Program-made: the position numbers and the translations under genes
The notes under the pieces: generated by a model
What the model saw: only the letters and a program-made list of their open reading frames with translations
Told to the model about the DNA's origin: nothing
Database searches by the model: none
Shown here: positions 52,460-64,000 of the stretch, one piece after another
How positions within the stretch are numbered: the first letter of the stretch is position 1
Layout of the letters: each line of letters starts with the position of its first letter
Source of the DNA: Lama guanicoe
Lineage: Eukaryota
Assembly (NCBI GenBank): GCA_013239625.1
Contig: MU054026.1
Location: 930,001-994,000 of the forward strand
DNA length: 64,000 bases
Direction: 5' to 3'

Positions 52460-55400
52460 TTTATTGAGGTAAAATTGATATAAAATATAAAACTTTCAGG
52501 TGTACGACAGAGTGATTCACAATTTTTAAAGGTTATATTCCACTTATGGTTATTATAAAATATTGGCTTTATTCCCCATGCTGTATACTATATCCTTGTA
52601 GCTTATTTATTTTTTACATAGTAGTTTGTACCTCTTAGTCCTCTATCACTACTTTGTTTTTCTCCCCCTCCTCTCCCCACATATAACCACTAATTTGTTC
52701 TCTGTGTCTTTGAGCTTGTTTCTTTCATTGTCATATTCATTAGTTTGCTTTATTTTTAGATTCCATATAAATGATGTTATTACAGTGTTTATCTTTCTCT
52801 GTCTTGATTATTTCACTAAGCACACTACCCTCCAAGTCCATCCACATTGTTGCAGGTGGCAAAATTTAATTTCTAAATGGTTTCATAAAATTGCATTGTG
52901 TGATACATCAATATATCTCACAGCTTCTTATCCATTTATCTATTGATGGACACAAGTTGTTTTCATATCTTGACTGTTGTAAGCAATGCTGCAAAGAACA
53001 TAGGGGTGAATATATCATTTCAAATTGCTTTTTTTGTTCTTTGGGTTTTTTGGATAAATACCCAGTAGTGGAATGCTGGATCATATGATAATTCTATTTA
53101 TAGTTTTTGGATTAAACTCCTTACTGCTTTACACAGTGGCTGCACCAACTTACATACCCATCAATAGTGTATGAGGATTCCCTTTTCTCCACATTCCCAC
53201 CAACATTTACTACTGGGTTTTGTTTATATATTTTTTATTGATGTATACTCAGTTTATAATGTATCAATTTCTGGTATACAGCACAATACTTCAGTTAAAT
53301 AGGAACATATATACATATATTCATTTTCATATTCTTTCTCACCATAGGTTACTACAAGATACTTAGTATAATTCCCTATGCTATACAGTATAAACTTGTT
53401 TTTTATCTTTTTTCTGTGCACTAATTATTATCTGCAAATCTAGAACTCCCAATTTATCCCTTCCTACCCCCTTCCCCGCCTAGTAACCATAAGTTTATTC
53501 TTCTATGCCTATAAGTCTGTTTCTGTTTTGTAGATAAGTTCATTTGTCTTTTTTTTTCAGATTCCATATATAAGTGATATCATATGATATTTTTCTTTCC
53601 CTTTGTGGCTTCTTCACTTAGAATGGCATTCTCCAGGTCAACCAATGTTGCTACATATGGCATTATTTTATTTATTTTTATGGCTGAGTAGTTTTCCATT
53701 GTATAAATATACCATACCTTCTTTATCCAGTCATCTGTTGATGAACATTTAGGTTGTTTCCATGTCTTGGCTATTGTAAATAGTGCTTCCATTAACATTG
53801 GGGTGCATGTATCTCCTTGAATTAAGGGATTGCTGGATAATATGGTAAGTCTGTTTTTAGCTTTTTGAGGAGTTTCCATACTGTTTTTCATAATGGCTGC
53901 ACCACACTACATTCCCACCAAGTTGTGGTCTTTTTGATGATAGTCATTCAGACAGGAGTGAGGTGATATCTAATTGTGCTTTCCATTTGTATTTCTCTGA
54001 TGATTAATGATGTAGGGCATCTTTTCATTTGCCTGTTGGCCAGCTGTATGTCTTCTTTGGAAAAATTTCTGTTTAGGTCTTCTATCTCTTTTTTCATTGG
54101 GTTATTTGCGTGCTTGTTTGGTTTTCTGATATTGTGTTATATAAGCTATTTATATAATTTGGATATTAATCCCTTATCATCAAATATTTAGCAAATATTC
54201 TCCTATTTAATAGATTACTTTTTTTGGTCAATTGTTTTCTTTGCTGTGCAAAAGCGTTTACGTTTACTTAGTGCCAATTTGTTTATTTTTACTTTAAATT
54301 CCTTTGCTTCAGGATATAGATCAAAAAACTATTGCTATGATTTGTTAAAGAATCTTCTGCCTATATTTTCTTATAGGAGTTTTACATTTTGTATTCTTGC
54401 ATTTTGGTCTTTAATCCATTTTGAGTTTATTTTTGTGTATGGTGTGAGAAAATGCCCTAATGTAACTCTTTTAAATACAGTTGCTCAGTTTTTCCAGCAC
54501 CACTTATTAAAAAGACTGTATTTTCTTCATTGTATATTCTTGACTCCTTTGTCATAGATTAACTGACCATAACGCATGACTTTATTTCTGAGTTCTCTGT
54601 TCTGTTCCACTGATCTTTATGTCTGTATTTGTGCCGGTACCACGCTGCTTGGATGACTGCATTACAGTCTGAAGTCAAGGAGCATGTTACCTCCAGCTCT
54701 GTTCTTCTTTCTCAAGATGATTTTGGTCATTTAGGTCTTTTGAGTTTCCATACAAATTTTGAAAATACTTGTTCTGGTTTTGTGAAAAATGCCTTTGGTA
54801 TTCTGATAGGGATTGCCCTGAATCTGTCCATTGCCTTGAGAAGTATGATCATTTTAACAATATCCTTCCAGTTCAAGAACATGGTATATCTTTCTATCTG
54901 TTTGTGTTACTTTTAATTTCTTTCACTAGTATCTTATAATTTTCCAAGTAAATGTCTGTCGCCATCTTGGGCCGTTTTAGTCCTAGCTGTTTTATTCTTT
55001 TTGATATAATTGTAAATGGGATTGTTGCCTTAGTTTATCTGATTGTTTGTTGCTAGTGTATGGAAATTCAACAGATTCCTGTATATCAATTTTGTATTCC
55101 TCAACTTTGCCAAATTCCTTGATGAAAAATGGTAGATTTTTGGTGACATTTTTAAGATTTTTCCATGTATAATATCATGTGACCGACACAGTGACAGCTT
55201 CACTTCTCCCTTTCAGTTTGGATTCCTTTTATTTTGTTTCTTGTCTGGTTGCTGTGGTTAAGACTTCCAATACCACATTAAATCAAGGTGGTGATCTTTG
55301 TCCTGTTTCTGGTCTCAGAGGAAATGCTTTCATCTTTCAACATTGAGTATAATGTTAGCTGTGGACCTGTCATCTATGACCTTTATTATGTTGAGTTACG

Positions 55401-55465
55401 CTTCCTCTATACCCACTTTATGGATAGTTTTTGTCATAAATGAATGTTGAATTTTGTCAAAAGCA
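52460..55465 (-). mobile_element. Second older LINE-1, split by a younger L1 at about 53218-53921
   Basis: Distinct 3'UTR at 52460-52770. ORF2 breaks near 53214 and resumes at 53922 (ttgtggtctttttgatgatag), continuing to the 'aattttgtcaaaagc' (AFDKI) region. Confidence 0.8.
53218..53921 (-). mobile_element. Nested lineage-specific L1 3' fragment
   Basis: Has its own T-rich tail, a 3'UTR like 11325/44700, and an ORF2 C-terminus (GDTCTPML...KTWKQPKC). Confidence 0.85.
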
Positions 55466-56430
55466 TTGACTGAGTGCCTGTAGTTTTATGGACAATATTC
55501 TAGCCATCCTGTTTCTTCGGTCTTCATCTTGTGACTTGCCCTGAGGCTCAGATCATCTCTGCTCCCACCAGTCCCCCCTAGGGATTCAAATATCAACATA
55601 CATATGTTTCACTCATATTATATTATGAGTATATGACACATAGGCTCTGTAGAATACTCACATGTCCTTTATTTTAAACTCCTTATATAATATTAGAACT
55701 CACTTATGGTAGAGACAGGCAAAATGCTCACCAGTCCCATTTCCTTTTTTGAGACACACAGGAAAAGTCCATTTCCCTGCCTACCTTGTACTTACACAGG
55801 GGCCAAGTAACTGAAAGCTGGAAATGTAATATAGTCAAAGTGATGCAAGCTACTTCCAGGCCTAGCATAGAACCCTTGTGTCATTGTCATTCTTGTTATT
55901 TTCTAGCTACAACGGAAATGTTGCAAGCCTGAGTCATCCTCTGGACAAGAGTTATCCAAACTACATCAGTTTCTAATATGAGTAGCCACTGTTAAATCAT
56001 GGAGAATGTGACTTTCTCTTTTACTATGACAGAGTCTAGCCTGCTATAATTTACTGAGTAATTTATGCTTGAGTTAGGGAAAGCTAAAATGCTTAAAATT
56101 GGTATGGTGCAAGCTAAAACCTGGTATCAGATGCTGAAAAGCCGAAAATCAGTGATATATAGTGGCAAAACAATTTTAGTAAACTTGTTACCCAATATAC
56201 ACTAGAAGGCATAATGATATTGTCGCTTTAAACAAGGCTTTGGAAAATAGGATGTTAGTGGTGTGTGTTATATTTATTGTCTGTGTTTAGTAAGGGGTTA
56301 TAAGGTAGAAATAAGTTAAGGAAATAATTAGCTAGTTTGTAAAGAGAGAGGAGAGAGAACAGAGAGAATTCCGGAAACTGGCACCTTGTTTGGAAAATTG
56401 CTTCTAGACAAGTTTTCAAATATAAATATA

Positions 56431-56569
56431 GGGGGAAGGGTATAGCTCAAGTGGTAGAGCGCATGCCCAGCACCCAGGAGGCCAGAGGTTCAATCCCCAG
56501 TACCTCGTCCAAGTGGAAATCAGTGAAGAAACCTAATTACCTGCCCCTCATAAAACAAACAATACAAGC
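56431..56569 (+). mobile_element. tRNA-derived SINE, camelid Vic-1-like
   Basis: Pol III A box TAGCTCAAGTGG (56443-56454), B box GGTTCAATCC (56487-56496) and A-rich tail. TSD CAAATATAAATATA (56417-56430) / CAAATATAAACATA (56570-56583). Confidence 0.88.
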
Positions 56570-56639
56570 CAAATATAAACATAATATGAATCACTTAGGT
56601 AAAGTAAAAAGAACCCGGTGAATCAGTTGAAAAATGTCT

Positions 56640-56890
56640 TTTAAAATGTAATATATATTGTTATACTATTTAATTTAATAAATTTAATATATATTATTAT
56701 ATTATGAATATTATTTCAACATGTAATCAATATATAAATATTCATTAAATAGTTTACACTCTCTTTTTCATTCTAAGATTTGCCAAATTTAGTGTGTATT
56801 TAAACTTACATCACATTCCAGTTTGGACTAGCTACATTTAAGTGCTCAGCAGCCATATTTGGCTGGTAACTACGGTATTTAACAGTGCAG
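56640..56890. mobile_element. MER3/MER33-like hAT-Charlie non-autonomous element, partial
   Basis: 'tttggactagctacatttaagtgctcagcagccatatttggctggtaactacggtatttaacagtgcag'. Confidence 0.75.
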
Positions 56891-58259
56891 ACCTAGACCC
56901 TTAACAGATAGGGATGGGATTTGGAAAAGGCTTTGCCCAACAATAGCCCATAAAAGTTTCCAAATGAATAAAGCGATGCAGGCAAAGACCAGATGAAATT
57001 GTGGCTATCTCAGTGATTATTTCTGATCTCTCTAAGGCGGCTTCCATTCTTCACAGAAAGAAAAACATAGTATGAGAAAGCAAATAAATCAGATTTAAAA
57101 GTCACTTCTTTCAAAGAATTTTGAAAGTGGTCATTGAAGCACATTGGTCAGAAGGTTAACAGCTATTTCAGGGACTTGCACTGCCAGAAAGAATCCATGT
57201 GTTCAATTTAAATATGGCTGAATATTCAAAACCTAAAGCAACTCTTCAGTTCCTAACTTACCATGGACAAGAACTAGCTTTTAGGTGTATTCAGGCCCAC
57301 CCTGAAGAAAGCATGCTCCTCAGTGCTCAAGTCCGAGGTTAAGATCCGGTAATACAAGTACCAATGGGTAAGAGACAAAACAGGGCTTCATCAGTTGGAA
57401 GAGGGTCCTTTAAAATAGCCATCAAATTGAATTTCAGAATTATCAAGGAGTGCAAATTCTGTGCTTCCCTTTGGTTCCGTTTTCTGAGTGACGAGCTCTG
57501 TTGGATTATTCAGTCCCTGTTATGTCATTGTATATGGCATGCGACAGAAGGTATATTAGTTGTCTCTTTAGTGCATAGGTCACTGGACAAGGAAGATTCA
57601 CATAAAAGATGAAAACGACTGCAATTCTGCCACTTTTTACACTTGCGAATTCACGTGTTTTCTTACCCTTCTATGACAACTACAGACACCCTGTGTTGAA
57701 GATGATAGTTTCACTAGATAGAAAGAGCCTAGATCCTTGAGTCACCATTTGGGAAAAAAAGCCACCCAGCAGAGTTACTCAACCTGTATCAGATTACGAC
57801 AAGAACTGGAGTAAAGTTTCATGTTGTTAAGCCACTGAGATCTTTGTTGTTGGTTGTTATAGAAACCAGCAAGAATTACCTCAGTAATACCCTCGTCTAA
57901 TGAAGTATCAGCTTCTACACTTTAGAGTCAAAAACCAGCCACCCTTCAGCCACTATCAATGCTCTTGTTACATAACAACAGACTAAAGAAAAAAAGTGAC
58001 TGAATAAATTAATGACTAAGTAATGAGGAAATAGTTCAAATACTCCAAAGTAGATCAGGCCTTAAATCTCACTTGAAACACAAGATCAATTGTTTTCCTT
58101 TTTTTTTTTTTTCGTTGTACTGGGAATGTAGAGCTGGGAAGTCAAATGAGTCTCTTCATGCTTACATTTTATGTGACTTTGGTACCTATGTGGAAAGCCT
58201 TTGCCATCAGTTTAATCAGTCCATTGAAAATAACTGGTGCCTGACCTGGTTTGGTCGCC

Positions 58260-58450
58260 ATCTAACATTGTTTATTACTAAATAACGTATGTCAGCAAGA
58301 GTGTGTTTGCAGCTGAGTGTAAACAACGAAAACTCTTTATTTCTGTACAGCTTTCCCATTAGCCTGTCTGTACGTGGGACATGGAATTTAGTAGGCCCTC
58401 TTTTAGCCACAGTGGCATGGTAGTACACAGGGGTTACCATGGCAACCCCA
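58260..58450. promoter_or_regulatory. Candidate RFX/forkhead enhancer or promoter element
   Basis: X-box GTTACCATGGCAAC at 58433-58446. Forkhead-like TGTTTAT (58269), TGTTTGC (58304) and GTAAACAA (58319). Non-repeat context. Confidence 0.5.
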
Positions 58451-59519
58451 CCTAATTTAAGCAATAAGACACAACAGAGCATGTTTTATGGGGCAATTAA
58501 TACATGTTTTGGTACATTTCAACCTGATGTTATTTGCTGCCCAAGGTGTTTCTTAATAGTCTTATAAAGCATTTCACACACAATATTGCTCTGATAAAAA
58601 TGGAAACATTTATTTTAAAAATTCAATTTCAACAAAAACTGTTTTAATTACTTTTCAACAGATGTTTCCTTTTCAAGAAGTAGAGTCTTTAACTATTAGC
58701 TAGCATAGGACTCAACCCAGAATAGGACATGGTACAGGTAAGTTTTAAGGTGTCATGCTGCTTTTAAGATAACAGTCTGTTAATGTCACAACTCAGTTAC
58801 TTTCAGGTCTAAAAGGAAAACATGAGCCAAAGGTGTTTATGGCATTCTAACTAGCTAGCAAATCAAGCATATCAATGAAGAATCATAGAAATAATAAAAG
58901 AATAGAGTCACAAATGGTGGGTTTTAAATTCAAAAAGATGAAAATAAAATTTTAAAGTCAGGATGTCCCATGGGAACTTTTGACAAACACATCAACATTT
59001 CCAGTGTAAAAATGTACTTTATCAAGCATACATGGGACAAGAAGGAACATTCATCCCAATGTGGATTAAGGTTTATATTTTTAGGAAATTAAAGATAATT
59101 GTCTTCCTTGTATCCCCAGGCTTTCGTCCATATGTAACAAGATATGAATGATTAACTCATGGCCTTGGAATCGGTGTCAACTATCACAGCCGACTGCCAC
59201 CAGGTTAATTGTCTCATCTGGCTTCTTCTTCTTTGCTGTCACTAGCTGAGCAAGGCCGATAACCCCTAACTCCTGTTTTAATTTTCAAGTGGGCATAACT
59301 TTTGACGCTTATTTTCTGTTTCCTAGATGTGCACTAATCAGGGAAAGAAGATCTGATGTATTGTGTGTAAGGTATTGGACAGTGTGAGAATGTCAGAAAA
59401 GAGAGTGAGGGTTCTTAATGGAGGGCTTAAAGGTAATTAAGACAGTTTTCACAGATTTTTTTTTTGAAAAAGCAAAGCAAAACTAAGAACAAAATATGAG
59501 ACCAAAGACCAAGGTTCTA

Positions 59520-60595
59520 GATCAATGGCTCCTAATTTATGTGAATTATATCTGTTGACATGTACTATATTGGAAATTAAAGCTAAGACTTTTAAATTCT
59601 ATGTGTGAATTCATTTAAAAATAACAATGATGAATCAGTGCTTTCAACATAAACTTTTACTAAAAATACATTTTCCAAAAAAATAAATAAGTAAACAAAT
59701 GTGGGAGAAAAATGGCATTGCATCACATTTCTACACATCACATTCATGTCTAGACAAATATATTTGAAATTCAGATATTTGAATTCAGATCTTTGTTTTT
59801 TGTTTTGTTTAATATGTTGCAATATATTGTTTTGTTGTAGTCCTTGAAGATAACCTGGGCTTACAAAGTTGGAAAAGGGAGAAGTATTCAAAAATATAAT
59901 ATTGTAAAATACATAAATAAACACTAAAAAAAAAAAGAGCCTTTCTAAGTAATTGGAGATATTCTTCTTTGCTATTATATCAATGTGAAACCATATGAGT
60001 AAATGGCTTGTATCTCTTACCTAAATCTGTTTGTCTATCTTGCATTCTGAATGGACTTTTTTACTCATACTTGATTTTGTAACATTATGCATTGATCATT
60101 TGGAAGATATTGGTTCACTGAGTGATGCTGATCTTCCAGATGTTAACACATTGATTAAAAAATACCAAAAGCTTCATATTATTAATATCATTGCCAAGCT
60201 TATAAGAAAACTCTTTATGTATAGAGAAGCTGCAAATATTATTGTAATTCTATATGCCACAGAAGTACATTATGTGGATTTCCCATTTTGTCCACAAAAT
60301 ATTAATGAGATACATACTCAAGGGTAGGAAGTTGGTAAAATTTATAATTTTTACTGATTCTTCAAAGGCAGTGCTAAGTGAAACTGAGTTTTCTTTTTTT
60401 TTTTTTCTTGTGTTTTAGACTGCATTGCCATGAAGAATACAAATGACCACTAATACGATTTAATGCCACTGCTTTAGTTTGCGCTAAGGGGCCAGCCGTT
60501 TCCCTGTAAAAGAGGATTGTAGCAACTTAGTATTATTATGACAGTAGTTTTAATCCCCTAGGATCTCAGGCATCTGCAGACTGTACTTTGTGACT
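59520..60595. mobile_element. Second Charlie1-like hAT fossil
   Basis: Shares blocks with 41810-43280 ('tactcaagggtag', 'gaatacaaatgaccactaatac', 'gagaaaaatggcattg'). Confidence 0.7.
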
Positions 60596-62844
60596 GTTTC
60601 AGAGTAACATTTTGCAGAGAAATTAAAGTGAATTTACTTGACTTTAGTAAGTAAATGACTAGTAAATTTGCAAATGCTATGGCTACAGAATTTTCAATGA
60701 TATTCTAATAAAGGAGGCCATCTTAAGCAATACTGATAAAATGCAAGAGCGTTCATTGGAAACAGGAATTTCTAGACTCAACATGTAGAAATAATTATTT
60801 TTCTTTGAAGGAAATAACTTTTTATTACAGTAATTTTGAAGGATGATTTCATGACATGCTTATGGGGGACAGTATATGGCTTTAAAATATACCTTGAATA
60901 GGTTGTTAGTGTTCATACATTGTTACATTTCTGTGTTGATTTCATTGTCCCCATGGTAAATGTCTTTTAAGTTATGTGTCCCTGAGTCTTTCAATTTATA
61001 AATTTGTTACCTTAAAAAAAGAGATTATATTATTCTGGATAGATTATTTCTTCTTTCAGAATTTTCTTGACAAAAGACAGTCCTTAGGCTCTTCCGTTTT
61101 CTTTCAGGATGTGTCATTACATGTATTGTCGTATGTTTTAAGCAGTCTTGAATAAAGTGTGTTCTGAGAACACCGCTGATATTCTAAAATACAGTATCTG
61201 AAAACAGTATCATAGTTACTGAGTCAGAATGAAAACTGAAACAAAAACATTTCCAGTTCTTACGCTTTTGCTGTTATGGAAACTACCCTCCTTTAGAAGC
61301 ACAAATGCAAGAGACAAGATTATTTTAATACAAAGTGAGTACATATCTCCTCTGAAATAAAGTAAAGTAGATGTGAATTTGTTTAGGAACTTTATCAGCT
61401 ATTTGTGTAGGCAAAAACATTAAGGTAAGACTTTTTAGTTATGTTAGTTTATAGAGAAATGAAAAGAAAACAAAACAACTCAAGGCTGGTTCTTTTGGCA
61501 TGGGTGGATGACGTGTTAGGAACTGTCCAGCAGATTCTAATGAGCTGTCTGTTGGCCAGCTAGTCAGAATTCTCAGAAATGCCAGAATAAATACGAACAA
61601 AGGATTAATGACTATCCAGAAGGCTTGGCATGGCATCGCCCAGGGTAGTTTTGCTCAATAGAGCAAAAGCAAAATCATTTAGCATCTCTTCTTTCATCTC
61701 AGAGTTGGATGAGCGAACTGAAAAGACTGAGGTACTGCTGAGAAGCAAAATATTAACACGAAGATCTGTATCACAGATGGCTATTTAGCGGGTTTTGGGG
61801 TCTGCATCCCACTAACAGTCATCAAGAGAATCTGGAAAGTGATGTACTTCACAGGGAAGAGAAATTATAACTCATGCAAAGAACACATGTAAAGTCATAA
61901 TCTTGTGTGAAGATCCACTACCCTCACTCCCATACAGTAGCTAATTGTTCTCTTTCTAAAGAGAAAGGATAGTTCTATATCTTATTTCAGGATGTGTGCC
62001 ATGACAAAAACATCCACATTTAAATAAACTTAAGTACACATAATTTGAATTTAAAAATTGGCTTAAAAGGAAAAAAGAGAATTTAGTATTTTCTTACTTG
62101 GTGAGATAGACGAAAAGGGGGCTCTCAACTAAAAGTTTGATTAAACTGAATATTAGGTCTTCTGTGTTTAGTAGAGCTCCCTCCTAAAACTGCTTTTGTC
62201 TTATTTTGTAAATACCTGAAAGAATGGTAAGATATGCAGTTTGTTTGTATAAATCATCACTGTATGAAAATTCACCAAAGACTGGACTCAATAAATAATT
62301 GTGAACAACTCTAGCAATAACCAAAGTATAATTCTATTGCTCTATTCAGACTAATTCTTTACCAGAACCAGTTACTACATTTAAAATTATATTGATACTA
62401 ACAGAAATGCTATCCTCCCAAGGTTTATATGAAAGATCTGGCTTTCGCAAGCTTTATAGCAATCTCATTACAATAAGAAAAAAACCCTTTGTTTAGAATG
62501 TGTTTACTTTGGGGAAATTTACATTAGATTTGACTTTGTTTTTAAGGATGCTACAATACTCTTGAGATAGAACAGGCAAAACAAAAAGTTAAAGTCATAT
62601 ATACTTATTGTATTATGTGATTAGTGACAGTAAAATATTAAACTCAATTAAAATGCTTTGATTATACTATGTTTTGAAAATAATCCAATTTGACTCATAA
62701 CATTTTAGTTCTGCAAGAAATTTAGAGAAAATCTGAATGAAATTATTTATTGAAATGATAAAAATAGGAACAAGATGAAAAGACTTGACCAAAATTACTT
62801 TAAATCAAATGTCCTACACACTTGTTTTATTCTCCATCACACAC

Positions 62845-63363
62845 TGTAGAGCGGTAGAATGTGCCACCCTAAAAATGTGTATATCTGGCATATTCATAGT
62901 TTTAAACTGGTTATTTCCTGAGAAACAGCAGACTTGGGAAAGGCTCCAAAGACCAATTGGGAACTGCCCTTCTGTAAGAAACACATTTACAAGGGTGACT
63001 CCCTCTCTGTACCTGGAAAAAGAAGACAAATTTCTAAACATTCTTACCAATAAAGAAGCAACGACTTAAACCTCTTAAATCTGCATTACAATCACTTTTA
63101 TTTCTTGTGCTTTTTTCGTGCTGACCTCCCATAACCGACTCTCCTGACCCTCAACATCCTTTCTTGCCTTTAGCTAAGGATGGTATTTAAGGTAAGGGCT
63201 TTGGCTATTTTGGTGAGTTACTTAGTTTTCCTAGAGTTCTCTGATGCATACATGTTATTAAACTTGGTTTGATTTTCTCCTGTTAATTTGTCTAATGTCA
63301 ATTTAATTTTCAGACCAGCCAGAAGAACTAGAAAGACAGAGGAAAATTTCTTTCTCTCCAACA
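62845..63363 (+). mobile_element. ERV1 solo LTR, MER34-like
   Basis: Starts 'tgtagagcggtagaatgtgccaccctaaaaat...tggcatatt' and ends 'tttctctcca(aca)'. Candidate 4-bp TSD ACAC if the end is 63360. Similar to 21637-22141. Confidence 0.8.
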
Positions 63364-64000
63364 CACTAAGCTGCCGAATCCTGTCATGTGGACTTTCAGC
63401 AAACAAGGCTTCATTCTGAGCCATGAATCTAGAAAACTTCAAATGACTCTCAATTTATGTACTTAATTGTTGAGACAATTCTAAATCAAATCCTGTAGCT
63501 CTCACCCACTGGATAAATGTTCAGCCTTTCCCATCTCACCTTTACGACTTTACAACTGAGTAGACCAACCCTGAGAAAGGTTTTGCATGAATCTGTGTGT
63601 AATTGAATATCTATACAAAGAAAGAGACAGAAAATTAAATAATTGTAGGGTAACATTTAAGGAGTTTGGGGATCATAGTAATAAATAATGTGATTTATTG
63701 TTGTGAGTTTTTACAAACACTCCTGTCAAAATTACCTACAGAAAAGAAATCACTGATTGCATTTATAGCATAACTTTTCTAGACCACTTGCAAACAAAGG
63801 CAGGCTTATTAGTGGCTCATTACTTAGCTGGATAATTGCTGTTCATATCAGCAACACAAATCACAGGGAAAACTTATTAAAATAACTTATCATTTATTTT
63901 CCTGATGAACTTCATTATACAGTATCTCTAATTAATCCCAATTAATGTGATCAGTACCATAAAAATTCAAGATGAAAGAGAACCATTAGGTCATCTGCGT

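Larger units (their letters stand above)
55706..57890 (+). mobile_element. Degraded MaLR (MLT1) element: LTR about 55706-56055, internal remnant, LTR remnant about 57640-57890
   Basis: MLT1-like blocks 'catttccctgcctaccttgtactta...gggccaagtaactga' and 'gaaagagcctagatccttgagtcacc...gttaagccactgagat...taatac'. Confidence 0.55.

Noticed and set aside
56431..56505. Possible tRNA gene
   Set aside because: Has TSDs, a non-tRNA tail and a degenerate cloverleaf; it is a SINE.
41810..60595. Apparent segmental duplication between about 42-43 kb and about 59.5-60.6 kb
   Set aside because: Explained by two independent, diverged Charlie1-like transposon copies.
1..64000. CRISPR arrays, operons or other prokaryotic-type systems; host protein-coding exons
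   Set aside because: The sequence is mammalian repeat-rich DNA with no spaced direct-repeat array. The exon-like units I translated gave no recognisable protein.

Overview
AT-rich mammalian genomic DNA, most likely camelid (alpaca/camel), judged from a Vic-1-like tRNA-derived SINE and the lack of recognisable Alu, BovB/Bov-tA or PRE-1 elements. I found no host protein-coding exon, so the window reads as intergenic or deep-intronic and is dominated by transposable elements. These include a young 5'-truncated LINE-1 with an 889-codon open ORF2 and perfect 14-bp TSDs, several internally deleted and nested L1s, a series of ERV1 solo LTRs (one MER41-like), MaLR/ERVL LTRs, Tigger1, Tigger2, Charlie and MER3-type DNA transposon fossils, and L2 and MIR remnants. 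Non-repeat islands carry candidate regulatory signals: a CpG-enriched promoter-like patch at about 3.0-4.0 kb, a perfect RFX X-box with clustered forkhead sites at about 58.3-58.45 kb, and a second X-box at 6.47 kb. Repeat family names come from recalled consensus sequences, not from a database search, and boundaries without TSDs are approximate. I found no evidence of a new protein-coding system. The most notable items are candidate cis-elements and L1-into-L1 junction structures.
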